DNA of 64,000 nucleotides, from positions 81,377 to 145,376 of the forward strand of contig JAKFYK010000025.1 in NCBI GenBank assembly GCA_021730905.1, read 5' to 3'. Origin of the DNA: Betaproteobacteria bacterium. GTDB lineage: Bacteria; Pseudomonadota; Gammaproteobacteria; Burkholderiales; SG8-41. Shown here piece after piece: positions 49,189 through 58,231 of the stretch (the first letter of the stretch is position 1; each line of letters starts with the position of its first letter). Below the pieces are notes generated by a model. That model saw only the letters and a program-made list of their open reading frames with translations, did not search any database and was not told the DNA's origin. A program made the position numbers and the translations under genes.

Positions 49189-50394
49189 ATGGCTGATATT
49201 TCAAGCAAAAAAGTGGTTTTGGGCGTCACTGGCGGAGTCGCGGCTTACAAGGCCGCCGAACTGGTGCGCCGTCTGGCCGACCACGGCATCGACGTGCATG
49301 TGGTGATGACACAGGCTGCTTGCAGCTTCATCACGCCAGCCACCATGCAGGCGCTTTCCGGCAATCCGGTTTACACCGACATGTGGGATGCGCGCATCAA
49401 CAACAGCATGGCGCACATCGAATTGTCGCGCGACAAAGCCGCGATCGTGATCGCGCCCGCGACGGCGGATTTCATGGCCAAGCTCGTTCATGGGCACGCC
49501 GACGACCTACTATCGACGTTGTGCCTTGCGCGCGACTGCGCGCTGCTCGTTGCACCCGCGATGAACCGCCAGATGTGGGATCACCCGGCAACACAGCGCA
49601 ACGCGGTGCAGCTTGAAAAGGATGGCGTCACGCTGCTCGGTCCCGTCAGCGGCGATCAGGCCTGCGGCGAAACCGGCGCAGGGCGCATGCTGGAGGCGCA
49701 GGACATCGCCGATGCCGTTGCCGCTTTCCTTGCGCCGAAAACCCTCGCGGGCGTACGCGTGTTGATGACCGCAGGCCCCACGTTTGAACCTATCGATGCA
49801 GTGCGTGGCATCACCAATCGCAGCTCGGGCAAAATGGGCTACGCCATCGCGCGCGCGGCTATCGGCGCCGGCGCGAAGGTCACGCTGGTTTCCGGCCCCA
49901 GCAGCCAGCCCGTGCCAGCAGGCGCGTCGGTAACGCACGTGCAAAGCGCTGCGGAAATGTTCGATGCGGTTAAACGCAACGCCAAACAAGCGGACATATT
50001 TATTGGCGTCGCTGCCGTCGCTGATTATCGTGTAGACAAGCCGCGCGAACACAAAATCAAGAAGACGGATAAGTCACAACTGACTTTGAAGCTGGTGTCC
50101 AATCCCGACATCCTCGGCTGGGTTGCGGCACAGGCCACGCCGCCATTCACCGTCGGCTTTGCCGCGGAAAGCCAAAACCTTGAAACCTACGCCGACGAAA
50201 AACGCCGCCGCAAGAAAGTAAACCTGATCGTCGCCAATCTCGCGCAGAGCGCTATCGGCGCCGACGACAATGAGGTTATGCTGCTGGACGATACCGGCAC
50301 GCATAAACTGGTTCGCGCGCCGAAGGAAGTAGTAGCAAAAGATATTGTTGCGCGTATTGCAACGCTTTATAAAGCCGGAAAGAAACGGCGTTAG
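49189..50394 (+). CDS. coaBC: bifunctional phosphopantothenoylcysteine decarboxylase/synthetase
   Basis: Start at MADISSKKVVLGVTGGVAAYKA. APAMN, ITNRSSGKMG and AAVADY. Confidence 0.95.
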   Translation: MADISSKKVVLGVTGGVAAYKAAELVRRLADHGIDVHVVMTQAACSFITPATMQALSGNPVYTDMWDARINNSMAHIELSRDKAAIVIAPATADFMAKLVHGHADDLLSTLCLARDCALLVAPAMNRQMWDHPATQRNAVQLEKDGVTLLGPVSGDQACGETGAGRMLEAQDIADAVAAFLAPKTLAGVRVLMTAGPTFEPIDAVRGITNRSSGKMGYAIARAAIGAGAKVTLVSGPSSQPVPAGASVTHVQSAAEMFDAVKRNAKQADIFIGVAAVADYRVDKPREHKIKKTDKSQLTLKLVSNPDILGWVAAQATPPFTVGFAAESQNLETYADEKRRRKKVNLIVANLAQSAIGADDNEVMLLDDTGTHKLVRAPKEVVAKDIVARIATLYKAGKKRR

Positions 50395-50459
50395 CTGCGC
50401 AAATCAGGGTGGCCTAGATACGCCCACGGCCATCGCTTCCATAGCCTGTTCGCAAGCGC

Positions 50460-50909
50460 ATGAAAAAAATCGACGTCAAAATCCTCGACTCGCGCCTGCG
50501 CGATCAATTGCCGCAATACGCCACGCCAGGCTCAGCCGGCCTTGACCTGCGTGCCTGTGTCGATGTGCCGCTGACGCTGAATCCGGGTCAATGCGAACTG
50601 ATACCCGCCGGCATCGCAATCCACATCGCCGATCCGGGCTACGCGGCAGTGATCCTGCCGCGCTCCGGACTCGGCCACAAACACGGCATCGTGCTGGGCA
50701 ACCTGGTCGGTCTCATTGATTCCGACTACCAGGGACAGTTGTTTGTTTCAACCTGGAATCGCGGCAACACGCCTTTCATCGTCAACCCGATGGAGCGGCT
50801 GGCGCAACTGGTAGTAATCCCGGTGATGCAGGTTGATTTCAATGTGGTTGAAGCGTTCGACACCTCGGATCGCGGGGCGGGCGGATTCGGCAGCACAGGA
50901 AAATCCTGA
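50460..50909 (+). CDS. dut: dUTP diphosphatase
   Basis: [35 protein letters not shown] and GFGSTG. Confidence 0.95.
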   Translation: MKKIDVKILDSRLRDQLPQYATPGSAGLDLRACVDVPLTLNPGQCELIPAGIAIHIADPGYAAVILPRSGLGHKHGIVLGNLVGLIDSDYQGQLFVSTWNRGNTPFIVNPMERLAQLVVIPVMQVDFNVVEAFDTSDRGAGGFGSTGKS

Positions 50910-50922
50910 CTCTCTGCCGTCG

Positions 50923-52212
50923 CTAGGCCACCTTGATCTTGAACCCTCCCGCATACACCGCGGGATTCCTGCCGTCCCACACCACGCCGTCGATCAGCTT
51001 TGACGAGCGCATCGGATCCTTGGGCACGCTCACCTTGACCTGAGACGCCGCCTCTTTGTAAAGGTCAATCTTGTTAATCTGCTTGGCCACCGCGAGGTAA
51101 TCCGGATCCTGCTTCATCAATCCCCAGCGCTTGTGCTGGGTGAGGAACCACATGCCGTCCGACAGGTACGGAAAGTTGACCGCGCCGTCGTTGAAAAATT
51201 TCATGTGGTCTTTATCGTCCCAGGTCTTGCCGAGGCCGTTTTGGTAACGGCCGAGGATGCGCTGGTTGATGACATCCACCGAAGTGTTCACGTAGGCGGT
51301 GTTCGATACCACTTCCGCCATTTTCGAGCGGTTGGACAACGACGCATCAATCCAGCGGCTGGCTTCCAGCACCGCCATAATCATGGCACGCGCGGTGTTG
51401 GGATATTTCTGCACAAACTCGTTGGTCGTCCCCAGCACTTTTTCCGGATGATCTTTCCATACCTCCTGCGAGGTGGCCGCCGTGATGCCTATGCCATCGG
51501 CAATGGCGCGGTGGTTCCAAGGCTCACCCACTGAAAAACCGTCCATGTTACCAATGCGCATGTTGGCCACCATTTGCGGTGGCGGCACGGTGATGATTTT
51601 CGCGTCGCGGAAGGGATTGATGCCGACGGAGGCCATCCAGTAGTACAGCCACATCGCGTGCGTGCCGGTGGGGAATGTTTGCGCAAAGGTGTACTCGCGC
51701 TTTTCTGTGGTCATCAACTTTGCAAGCGAGGGTCCATCAACCGCCCCCTTGTCGGCAAGCTTTTTCGACAGCGAAATCGCCTGTCCGTTATTGTTGATCG
51801 TCATCAGCACCGCCATGTCCTTGCGCGGTCCGCCGTTGCCCAGATGCACGCCGTAGATCAGCCCATAGAGGACGTGCGCGGCGTCCAGTTCGCCGTTCAC
51901 GACCTTGTCGCGCACGCCGGCCCACGACGATTCCTTGGTCGGAATGATCTTGATGCCGTACTTCTCGTCGAACTTGAGCACCGATGCCATCACCACCGAC
52001 GCGCAATCGGTCAGCGGTATGAAGCCGATCTTCACTTCCTTTTTCTCCGGGCCATCGGAGCCCGCGGCCCACGCGGCCTGACGCACACCCGGCGGCACCA
52101 GGCCCATGATGCCCGTCGCCGCAGCCTGTTTGAGAAACGCGCGCCGCGTGCCACGTCGCGCATCGGGCAGGACGGGTTTTCGGGTTTCATTGTTGCGCAT
52201 GCTGTTCTCCAC
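50923..52212 (-). CDS. Tat-signal NrtA/CmpA-like nitrate/nitrite-binding protein, without cognate permease/ATPase genes
   Basis: RRGTRRAFLKQAAATG (twin-arginine) followed by KIGFIPLTDCASVVMA and FAQTFPTGTHAMWLYYW, NrtA-type motifs. The next gene downstream is convergent dut. Confidence 0.8.
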   Translation of the reverse strand: MENSMRNNETRKPVLPDARRGTRRAFLKQAAATGIMGLVPPGVRQAAWAAGSDGPEKKEVKIGFIPLTDCASVVMASVLKFDEKYGIKIIPTKESSWAGVRDKVVNGELDAAHVLYGLIYGVHLGNGGPRKDMAVLMTINNNGQAISLSKKLADKGAVDGPSLAKLMTTEKREYTFAQTFPTGTHAMWLYYWMASVGINPFRDAKIITVPPPQMVANMRIGNMDGFSVGEPWNHRAIADGIGITAATSQEVWKDHPEKVLGTTNEFVQKYPNTARAMIMAVLEASRWIDASLSNRSKMAEVVSNTAYVNTSVDVINQRILGRYQNGLGKTWDDKDHMKFFNDGAVNFPYLSDGMWFLTQHKRWGLMKQDPDYLAVAKQINKIDLYKEAASQVKVSVPKDPMRSSKLIDGVVWDGRNPAVYAGGFKIKVA

Positions 52213-52230
52213 GGTTCAGTCGTTGACTCA

Positions 52231-52264
52231 ATAAAAAAGGTGCCCATTCGCGGCGCATGGCACC
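52231..52264 (-). terminator. intrinsic terminator inside the nrtA-like leader (attenuator candidate)
   Basis: Minus strand GGTGCC-AUGCGCCGCGAAUG-GGCACC followed by UUUUUUAU, about 20 nt before the ATG. An alternative CGCGG...CCGCG pairing overlaps its 5' arm. Confidence 0.55.
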
Positions 52265-52367
52265 GCGCATGAACACCTTTGTCCTTGAACAAGCCCTCGT
52301 TGGCTTGCGTTCACTAATCACTATCGCAAGTCGCGTGCCAGCTGCTCCACGGCTGTTGAATATTATT

Positions 52368-52383
52368 TAAGTATTTGTTTATA
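52368..52383 (-). repeat. 16-nt AT-rich box, copy 8 (TATAAACAAATACTTA on minus)
   Basis: One mismatch to consensus. Lies between the redox operon end and the nrtA-like leader. Confidence 0.75.
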
Positions 52384-52510
52384 AACAATATTTATACATT
52401 ACCCGCGATTAGTGCAGCATGCTTATCACGCCCTGTTGCGATGCACCAATTCGTTGATGCGCACCATCGCTGCGCGCTGGCAGAAAACCCAAGGTAGTAA
52501 GGCAGAGAAT

Positions 52511-53116
52511 TTATGCCGAGCGGAAGCGCGGCACACCGCCGAACATCGGCCGCCAACTGACTGCGACCGCGTACACCGCGCCCAGCCACAGCAGCAGCAT
52601 CCCTGTGCGCTGCTGGTCGTCGGCGAGATAGGCGAGACACAAGCGTTCGTCCGCCGCGAGGTATCCCCATCCGAAGCGCAGCAGCGTGGCGATCACTTCC
52701 AAGTGGACCACCGCGCGCGCGATCACCGGCAGCCGCGGCCACGATAACGCCACCGCGAGACCCGCAGCAGGCACCGACAGAAACTTGATTGCATCAACCG
52801 TAGTATCAAGCCGGGCGAGATCGAGCAGCCGGGGCAACATCCACAACACCATCACAAAACTCGCCGCAATAAGCCCGGAGATACCTCCCGCGTTAAGCAA
52901 TTGGGCATGCTTCAACACGCGCCCTGCGGCCATATCCGGCGCTGAGCGCAGCCATGCCCTGCCCACTGCGTAGCCGGTCAGCGCCAGCAGCGGCAACTGC
53001 ACCAGCATGTGCAACGCCATGCTGCTTTCCATCCACGAGCGCGTTGCGGGTGCGGCCAAAACCAACCAGCCACTCGCGATCCACAACAAGCACCGCCAAG
53101 GTTCAACGTGTTGCAT
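52511..53116 (-). CDS. CtaG(caa3-type)-like membrane protein (possible oxidase assembly factor; 'orf1' of sNOR-type clusters)
   Basis: Start at MQHVEPW (overlaps the SCO gene end by 14 nt). About six helices; MALHMLVQLPLLALTGYAVG is CtaG-like as I recall it. Confidence 0.5.
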   Translation of the reverse strand: MQHVEPWRCLLWIASGWLVLAAPATRSWMESSMALHMLVQLPLLALTGYAVGRAWLRSAPDMAAGRVLKHAQLLNAGGISGLIAASFVMVLWMLPRLLDLARLDTTVDAIKFLSVPAAGLAVALSWPRLPVIARAVVHLEVIATLLRFGWGYLAADERLCLAYLADDQQRTGMLLLWLGAVYAVAVSWRPMFGGVPRFRSA

Positions 53117-53744
53117 TATCGGGTTTCGTCCTGGCGAGTATTCCACGCACCGTGTCCACCACTCTTCCTCCATCCTGCAGGTCGTGAATCGCGACCAGCC
53201 TGCGATCCGGCCCGACCACATGCACCGCCGCGTTATGTGCATAGCCGCCGAGCCCGTCGGGAATCACCACCACGCCGAATGCCGACAGCCAGCGCTGCAT
53301 GTCCGCGCCGGATGCCGGACGCCCGAGTTCCCAGCCCGCCGCGTCTGCGCTGTAGCGTGCACGATAGGCCCGCAGCTGCGCCGGGCCGTCGTGTTCCGGA
53401 TCGAAAGTCACCGACAGCAGGCGCACTTTTCCGGCCGCAATCTCCGCAGCAAGGCGCTGACCGAGCTGCACGTACACCGAACCCAGCGCCCCACAAACCG
53501 TCGGGCAACGGGTGTAAACAAAATCCACCAGCAGCACCTGTCCCGGCAACCCGGCCAACCCGCTACGACCGCCATCCGCAAGGTCAAGCGGCAAGTCCGG
53601 AACCGCAGCCGGCGCACGCAGCGCCTGGAGCCGGCGCGCCGACTCCAGCGTGTACGCCTCGAAGCCGTCGGTTATGCTGTGCGCGACCGCGAGACCCGCG
53701 GCGAACACCAGCGCAGCAGCGACTGCGGTGCGCTTCGCGCTCAC
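53103..53744 (-). CDS. SCO/SenC-family copper chaperone
   Basis: GTG start in a GTGA overlap with the upstream stop. Membrane anchor, LVDFVYTRCPTVCGALG (CxxxC) and distal His (YAHNAAVHVV). Confidence 0.8.
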   Translation of the reverse strand: MSAKRTAVAAALVFAAGLAVAHSITDGFEAYTLESARRLQALRAPAAVPDLPLDLADGGRSGLAGLPGQVLLVDFVYTRCPTVCGALGSVYVQLGQRLAAEIAAGKVRLLSVTFDPEHDGPAQLRAYRARYSADAAGWELGRPASGADMQRWLSAFGVVVIPDGLGGYAHNAAVHVVGPDRRLVAIHDLQDGGRVVDTVRGILARTKPDNATR

Positions 53745-55195
53745 GCCGAAAGCGATACGCGCGGCAACCGTGCAAGCAAACGCACGCACAGCACGACCGC
53801 CGCAACCAGCAGCAGGGCCGCAGCCAGCGTGCCGACCTGCGCGTAGCCCAGCCACGGCGCATCGTGCACGGCAAAGCGCCGCGGCACGCCCTGCCAGCCG
53901 GCCGCGAGAAACACCAGGCAGAACACGGCACCCGCGACGCCATAGGTCCAGAACGACGCACGATCGAGCGCAGTCTCGCGCCAGTCACTGCGCGTGCACA
54001 CGTAGAGCATGGTTCCCAGCAGCATCGGCACCAGGCCAAGCAGCAAATAGAAATGGAAGTGTCCCGGCACCCACTGCGTGTTATGCATGACCAGATTGAC
54101 GCGCACCATGCCGTCGATGATCGCCGGGATCACGCCCGCCACCCATCCGAACAACGAAAAGATCATGAGTCGCAGTGGCAAGTCCCACTTCAGCCCCGAG
54201 CGATGGATGTTGACTAGCGCACCATAAGCCGTCACCAGCAGCACCGGGATGCCGCTCAGATACGACAGCACCTGGCCCATCACCATCATCCACTTCGGCA
54301 TCACGTAATCCATCAGCAGGTGATGCGGATAGACCGCCATCACGATCAGCGTCACCGCCGCCCACGACGCCAGGAACGGCCGGCTGATCAGCCACGGCCG
54401 CCCGGTGTAGCGCGGCACAATTTCGTAAACGCCGATCACTGCCATGTAAATCGTGGCATTGATGAACACATGGCCGAAGAAAAAGATCAGGTTCTTCATC
54501 AGCAGCGCATCGAACACCACGCCCGGCACATAGATGTTGATCAAACTCATCACCAGCACCACCGCGCCGGCGAGGATGCCGAGGATGTTGATGATCACCA
54601 CCATGGTGCTCGCCACCACCGTCGGCGGCAAAGAAGTATCGACTGGCCCGGAACCGAACAACTGGTTGAGGCCCAACGCTTTGGCAAGACTGCCATAGCG
54701 GCGCAGGAGGGCCAGCGCACAATCGAGATAAAACAACAGGAAACCGACGCCGATGAACACCAGTCCGCCGACGAAAGCGCCGGCGGCGTGCGGCCCCCAC
54801 ACGCCCATGCTCTTAGCCGGCAGAGGGTACAAAAACGTCCAGCCGCCCGCGAAACGACCGATGCCAATCGCGGCCAGTATCATCACCACGCCGATCAGCG
54901 AGAGCACGAGCATGGTGAGGAACATTCCGGTAGAAAGCTTGACGTAGCGGCGCAGGAAGTACCACATGACCGCGGCACCGGCGAGGCCGGAAACACCGAC
55001 CATGCCCGCGCCGTGCAACGTCATGATCTCATAGACGAAATTGGGTGGAATCGGCAGCCAGGTGGCCTGCGCGCCGCGAAATACCGCGCCGGCAATCATC
55101 ATCAGCATGTATACCGCGATGCCGATGGCGACATAAAGCTGAAACGCTAATTTGGCGGAAGGCGTGTCGGCGGAGGGTGTGACGGATGTGTTCAT
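53741..55195 (-). CDS. haem-copper oxidase superfamily subunit I (sNOR-like; Asn at the cross-linked Tyr position)
   Basis: 12+ helices. His ligands H61 (TLHGAG), H242 (FFFGHVFIN), H291/H292 (YPHHLL) and H379/H381 (GHFHF). Residue 246 is Asn where A/B-type enzymes have GHPEVY. Confidence 0.85.
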   Translation of the reverse strand: MNTSVTPSADTPSAKLAFQLYVAIGIAVYMLMMIAGAVFRGAQATWLPIPPNFVYEIMTLHGAGMVGVSGLAGAAVMWYFLRRYVKLSTGMFLTMLVLSLIGVVMILAAIGIGRFAGGWTFLYPLPAKSMGVWGPHAAGAFVGGLVFIGVGFLLFYLDCALALLRRYGSLAKALGLNQLFGSGPVDTSLPPTVVASTMVVIINILGILAGAVVLVMSLINIYVPGVVFDALLMKNLIFFFGHVFINATIYMAVIGVYEIVPRYTGRPWLISRPFLASWAAVTLIVMAVYPHHLLMDYVMPKWMMVMGQVLSYLSGIPVLLVTAYGALVNIHRSGLKWDLPLRLMIFSLFGWVAGVIPAIIDGMVRVNLVMHNTQWVPGHFHFYLLLGLVPMLLGTMLYVCTRSDWRETALDRASFWTYGVAGAVFCLVFLAAGWQGVPRRFAVHDAPWLGYAQVGTLAAALLLVAAVVLCVRLLARLPRVSLSA

Positions 55196-55208
55196 GATGG
55201 TTCTCCCC

Positions 55209-55739
55209 TTACGATCCGGCGCGGACTTTGATTACCGTGCGCATGGCGTGATGCGCAGCGCCGCAGTATTCGAGGCACAGCACTTCGTATTCGCCTGGTT
55301 CAGTAAAGCGCACCTGCAGCTTGTTGACGTAGCCGGGCATGGCCTGGGCTTGCGCTATCATCTCGGTCTTGTTTTTGTAGATCGCAAAGCCGTGGTTCAC
55401 GTCGGATGCGGTGAGTTCAAACTCCACCAGCTTGCCGACGGGTACCGTGTCCTTGTCGAGTTCCCAGCGCCATTGATGACCAACGGCACGTATGGTCACG
55501 TCGGGTTTGGCGCCTGACGCCGCGTGTCCTGCAATTGGCCAGTCCCACAAGGTCGCGAATGACAGCACAATGCCGGCGACAATCGCCAGCCAGAACAAAC
55601 GACCGCGCCATTGATACGCGGTCTTGGCCATGGCGCCGGCCTCGCCACCCGTGCGGCTTGCGCCGGCGACGACCCACAGAAACACGGCGGCGACTACCGC
55701 CATCAAGATCAGACTTGATACCCACGCAAGACTTTGCAT
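55209..55739 (-). CDS. haem-copper oxidase subunit II with complete CuA site
   Basis: Two N-terminal helices, cupredoxin DVNHGF and CLEYCGAAHHAM (C-x-E-x-C-G-x2-H-x2-M). Confidence 0.8.
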   Translation of the reverse strand: MQSLAWVSSLILMAVVAAVFLWVVAGASRTGGEAGAMAKTAYQWRGRLFWLAIVAGIVLSFATLWDWPIAGHAASGAKPDVTIRAVGHQWRWELDKDTVPVGKLVEFELTASDVNHGFAIYKNKTEMIAQAQAMPGYVNKLQVRFTEPGEYEVLCLEYCGAAHHAMRTVIKVRAGS

Positions 55740-55772
55740 AAAGCTACCCCCCCTTTGGCCGGTTAGCCGTTC

Positions 55773-56162
55773 CTATTTGACGATAGCCGCCATATAGTCA
55801 ACCGCCGCCTTGACCTGGTCGTCGGTAAGTTTGTCATTGCCGCCACGCGGCGGCATTTGCGTACCCTTGGGACCGGTAAGCCCGCCGAGCGCGCTCTTGT
55901 ATAAAGCGTCCTTCCCTTTCGCCAGTCGCGGCGCCCACGCTGATTTGTTCGTAACCAGCGGCGCGCCGGCGACGTCGTTGGCATGACAGGCTTCGCAGGT
56001 TCCCAACCAGATCGTGCGTCCCTGCTTCAGACGCGCATCGGGAAACTCCGGAAATTTCTGCGCGCTTGCCGGCGTCGCAGCTAGTGAGGCAAAAACAGCC
56101 GCTGCCGCAAGCGCTCCCGCGGGGAGCGCCGCACGCAGCAGTCCTTCCATGTAACGGTTCAC
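55773..56162 (-). CDS. cytochrome c5-family monohaem cytochrome
   Basis: Signal peptide, GTCEACHANDVAGAP, and the axial-Met region GTQMPPRGGNDKLTDDQVKAAVDYM. Confidence 0.8.
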   Translation of the reverse strand: MNRYMEGLLRAALPAGALAAAAVFASLAATPASAQKFPEFPDARLKQGRTIWLGTCEACHANDVAGAPLVTNKSAWAPRLAKGKDALYKSALGGLTGPKGTQMPPRGGNDKLTDDQVKAAVDYMAAIVK

Positions 56163-56169
56163 GTTGCAC

Positions 56170-56733
56170 CTACTTCATCGGAATGCGTATCACCACGCCG
56201 CCCATGGTTTGCCCCAGTTTAAAGTCCTTTTTCGGGGTGTCCTTGTGGTCGTTGTGGCAGCTCACGCACGCAGGTGCGATCGCCTTGTCGGCATAGATCG
56301 CAGTGAAGTACTTGGTTTTACCGAGGGTTTCCTCGCCATAGAACGGTTTGGTGTTGTCCTTGGCGACCGCATCGAGACCCTTTTTTTCCAGCGCTGTCTT
56401 TGGCAAATTCTGCTTGTTGATCGGCCATAGCGACTGCAGCGAATAGCTGAACGGCATTTTCTTTTCCGCCACCATCTCCGCGCCGAAGCGGAACATCTGC
56501 GCCGGCAGCGGTAGTGACTTATCGTCCTTGAAGTGCTCGGTGGCCTTGATCACCTTCTCTTCATTCTGCAGGCGATTGACCACCATGCGCGTGTACACCG
56601 TGCGGTCGGCTTCCATCACCGCATGCATTGCGTCTGCCATTTCCTTGTAACTCACCTGGGCATGTGCGCCTGTTGCCGCTGCAAATCCCGCCATCGCCAG
56701 TGCTGTTACTACTGTTTTCCTCGTCGTCATCAT
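56170..56733 (-). CDS. periplasmic DUF3365/Tll0287-like protein with one CxxCH haem site
   Basis: Start at MMTTRKTV after AAGGAG. Signal peptide, then C-terminal APACVSCHNDHKD. Domain name is from memory. Confidence 0.6.
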   Translation of the reverse strand: MMTTRKTVVTALAMAGFAAATGAHAQVSYKEMADAMHAVMEADRTVYTRMVVNRLQNEEKVIKATEHFKDDKSLPLPAQMFRFGAEMVAEKKMPFSYSLQSLWPINKQNLPKTALEKKGLDAVAKDNTKPFYGEETLGKTKYFTAIYADKAIAPACVSCHNDHKDTPKKDFKLGQTMGGVVIRIPMK

Positions 56734-56779
56734 ATGCTCCTTTTCAAGTTGAATCACATCCGCTGTCGCGGAATTTCGG

Positions 56780-58219
56780 TCACTTCTTTCCCGTAGCAGC
56801 GTTCCCTTGCTGCCGCTTTTCATCTGCCTCTTTCACCCGCTGCGCAACCATCTCCAGACTCTTGATGTGCACCCCCGGCTTGCCGGCAAAGTTGTTCGCC
56901 ACCAGCTTGCGGTCGGCCAGCGCATCGGTGGCAAAACCGAGTCCGTGGCAATTCATGCATACCGGCCGCAGCATCTTTTCGCTGGGACGCAGGTTGTCGT
57001 TCTGGTTGTGCTGCACCAGCACGCGCTTGGCATCGAGATCCCGCACGCGATATTCGTCGCGCGGCAGATGACAACTGGCACAGGACACGCCGCTTCCGGC
57101 TGGCGCTTCTCCCGCCAGTTCCTTTTTCCACAGTGCGTAATGCGGCGAACGTTGATAGGCAATCGTGTGGTCGTCGCGATGACAGCCGGCGCAGGCTTCC
57201 ACCGCCGCTTTTTTTGTATCGAAGCGGTGTGCGCTGTGACAGGTGGTGCAGGTCAGTTCCGTGCTGCGCGCCTTCGTGTGCATGGGCTGGCGCGCGCGGC
57301 CCGGCGTCATCGGTGAAAGTCCTTCTGCGACACGCATGCCGTGCTTGCCGGCAAGAAATCCCTTGGTTTCCGGTTCGTGGCAGGTCGCGCACACCTTCTG
57401 GTCGGGGCGCTGCACCCAGCCCTTTGCACCCTCCTTTTCATCCTGATGACAGCCGCTGCAATTGACGCCCGAGCGTGCATGCGAAGTTGCCAGCCAGTCG
57501 TTAACTGTTTCCTGCGATTTCATGAGATGCGCCGGCGCGTCAGGCTTGGTCTGCGGCTTGAGCGGAAAACGGTCCGAGGGATAGCCGGGGAAATCGGCAG
57601 CGACCGCACGGAAGTTGCGTCCCGGCAACGAAGCGCGTCCCAGCAGGTCCGGCTCGTTCATATGCTTGGCCAGAAAATCCTCATAGAGCGCGCGATTGTC
57701 ATGAAATTTATGACAGCCGGCGGAGTTGCAGGTATCGAACGCCATGCCGACGTGGCTGGGTCGATCCTTGCTGATGTCCTGATGGCAGTGAAAACAAAAA
57801 TCGCCGGCCAGCGTGACGCCCATGGTCTTGGTGATTTCGGGACGATGTTCGATGTGGCAAGTGACACACAAAGTGGCGTCGAGTTTTTCCGCCAGTTCGG
57901 CGTTGCGCGGATCGGTGAATTTGCTGCGTGGATGCTTGTCCACCGCATCCTTCAGTTCCTGTCCATGGCAGCGCTCGCAGGCTTCCTGAATTTTCTCGCG
58001 GCCGCTAAATGCGCTGACGTGGCAACTCTCACAGGCGAGTTCGATCTGGTAGTGGCCGTGACTGGTTTTCCCGGGGAGAAACATCGAGCGCGCAGGCGTC
58101 AGCAGCGGATTGCTGGCCGCGCTTTTCATCAACAATCCCGCCGCGAGATATCCGCTGACCGCCATGCTCAGCACCCCCCACCAGATCCAGAAGATCTTTC
58201 GCCGCGCCGGTTTTGCCAT
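56780..58219 (-). CDS. membrane-anchored multihaem cytochrome c (10 CxxCH + 1 CxxxxCH)
   Basis: N-terminal helix IFWIWWGVLSMAVSGYLAAGLL. Haem motifs: CESCH, CERCH, CVTCH, CFHCH, CNSAGCH, CSGCH, CATCH, CTTCH, CAGCH, CASCH and CMNCH. Confidence 0.85.
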   Translation of the reverse strand: MAKPARRKIFWIWWGVLSMAVSGYLAAGLLMKSAASNPLLTPARSMFLPGKTSHGHYQIELACESCHVSAFSGREKIQEACERCHGQELKDAVDKHPRSKFTDPRNAELAEKLDATLCVTCHIEHRPEITKTMGVTLAGDFCFHCHQDISKDRPSHVGMAFDTCNSAGCHKFHDNRALYEDFLAKHMNEPDLLGRASLPGRNFRAVAADFPGYPSDRFPLKPQTKPDAPAHLMKSQETVNDWLATSHARSGVNCSGCHQDEKEGAKGWVQRPDQKVCATCHEPETKGFLAGKHGMRVAEGLSPMTPGRARQPMHTKARSTELTCTTCHSAHRFDTKKAAVEACAGCHRDDHTIAYQRSPHYALWKKELAGEAPAGSGVSCASCHLPRDEYRVRDLDAKRVLVQHNQNDNLRPSEKMLRPVCMNCHGLGFATDALADRKLVANNFAGKPGVHIKSLEMVAQRVKEADEKRQQGNAATGKK

Positions 58220-58231
58220 ACGAATCCCGGC

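Noticed and set aside
50923-52212. NasS, the cytoplasmic nitrate sensor partner of NasT
   Set aside because: The product has a clear twin-arginine export signal (RRGTRRAFLK), so it is periplasmic. It is also separated from nasT by the eight-gene operon.
53007-54217. Long plus-strand ORFs (279 and 402 aa) across the SCO and oxidase genes
   Set aside because: These are Arg/Pro/Ala-rich shadow frames typical of GC-rich DNA, opposite genes with clear motifs. The same applies to 34295-35284, 38815-39978, 45061-45858, 45169-46095, 59585-60187 and 21510-22115.
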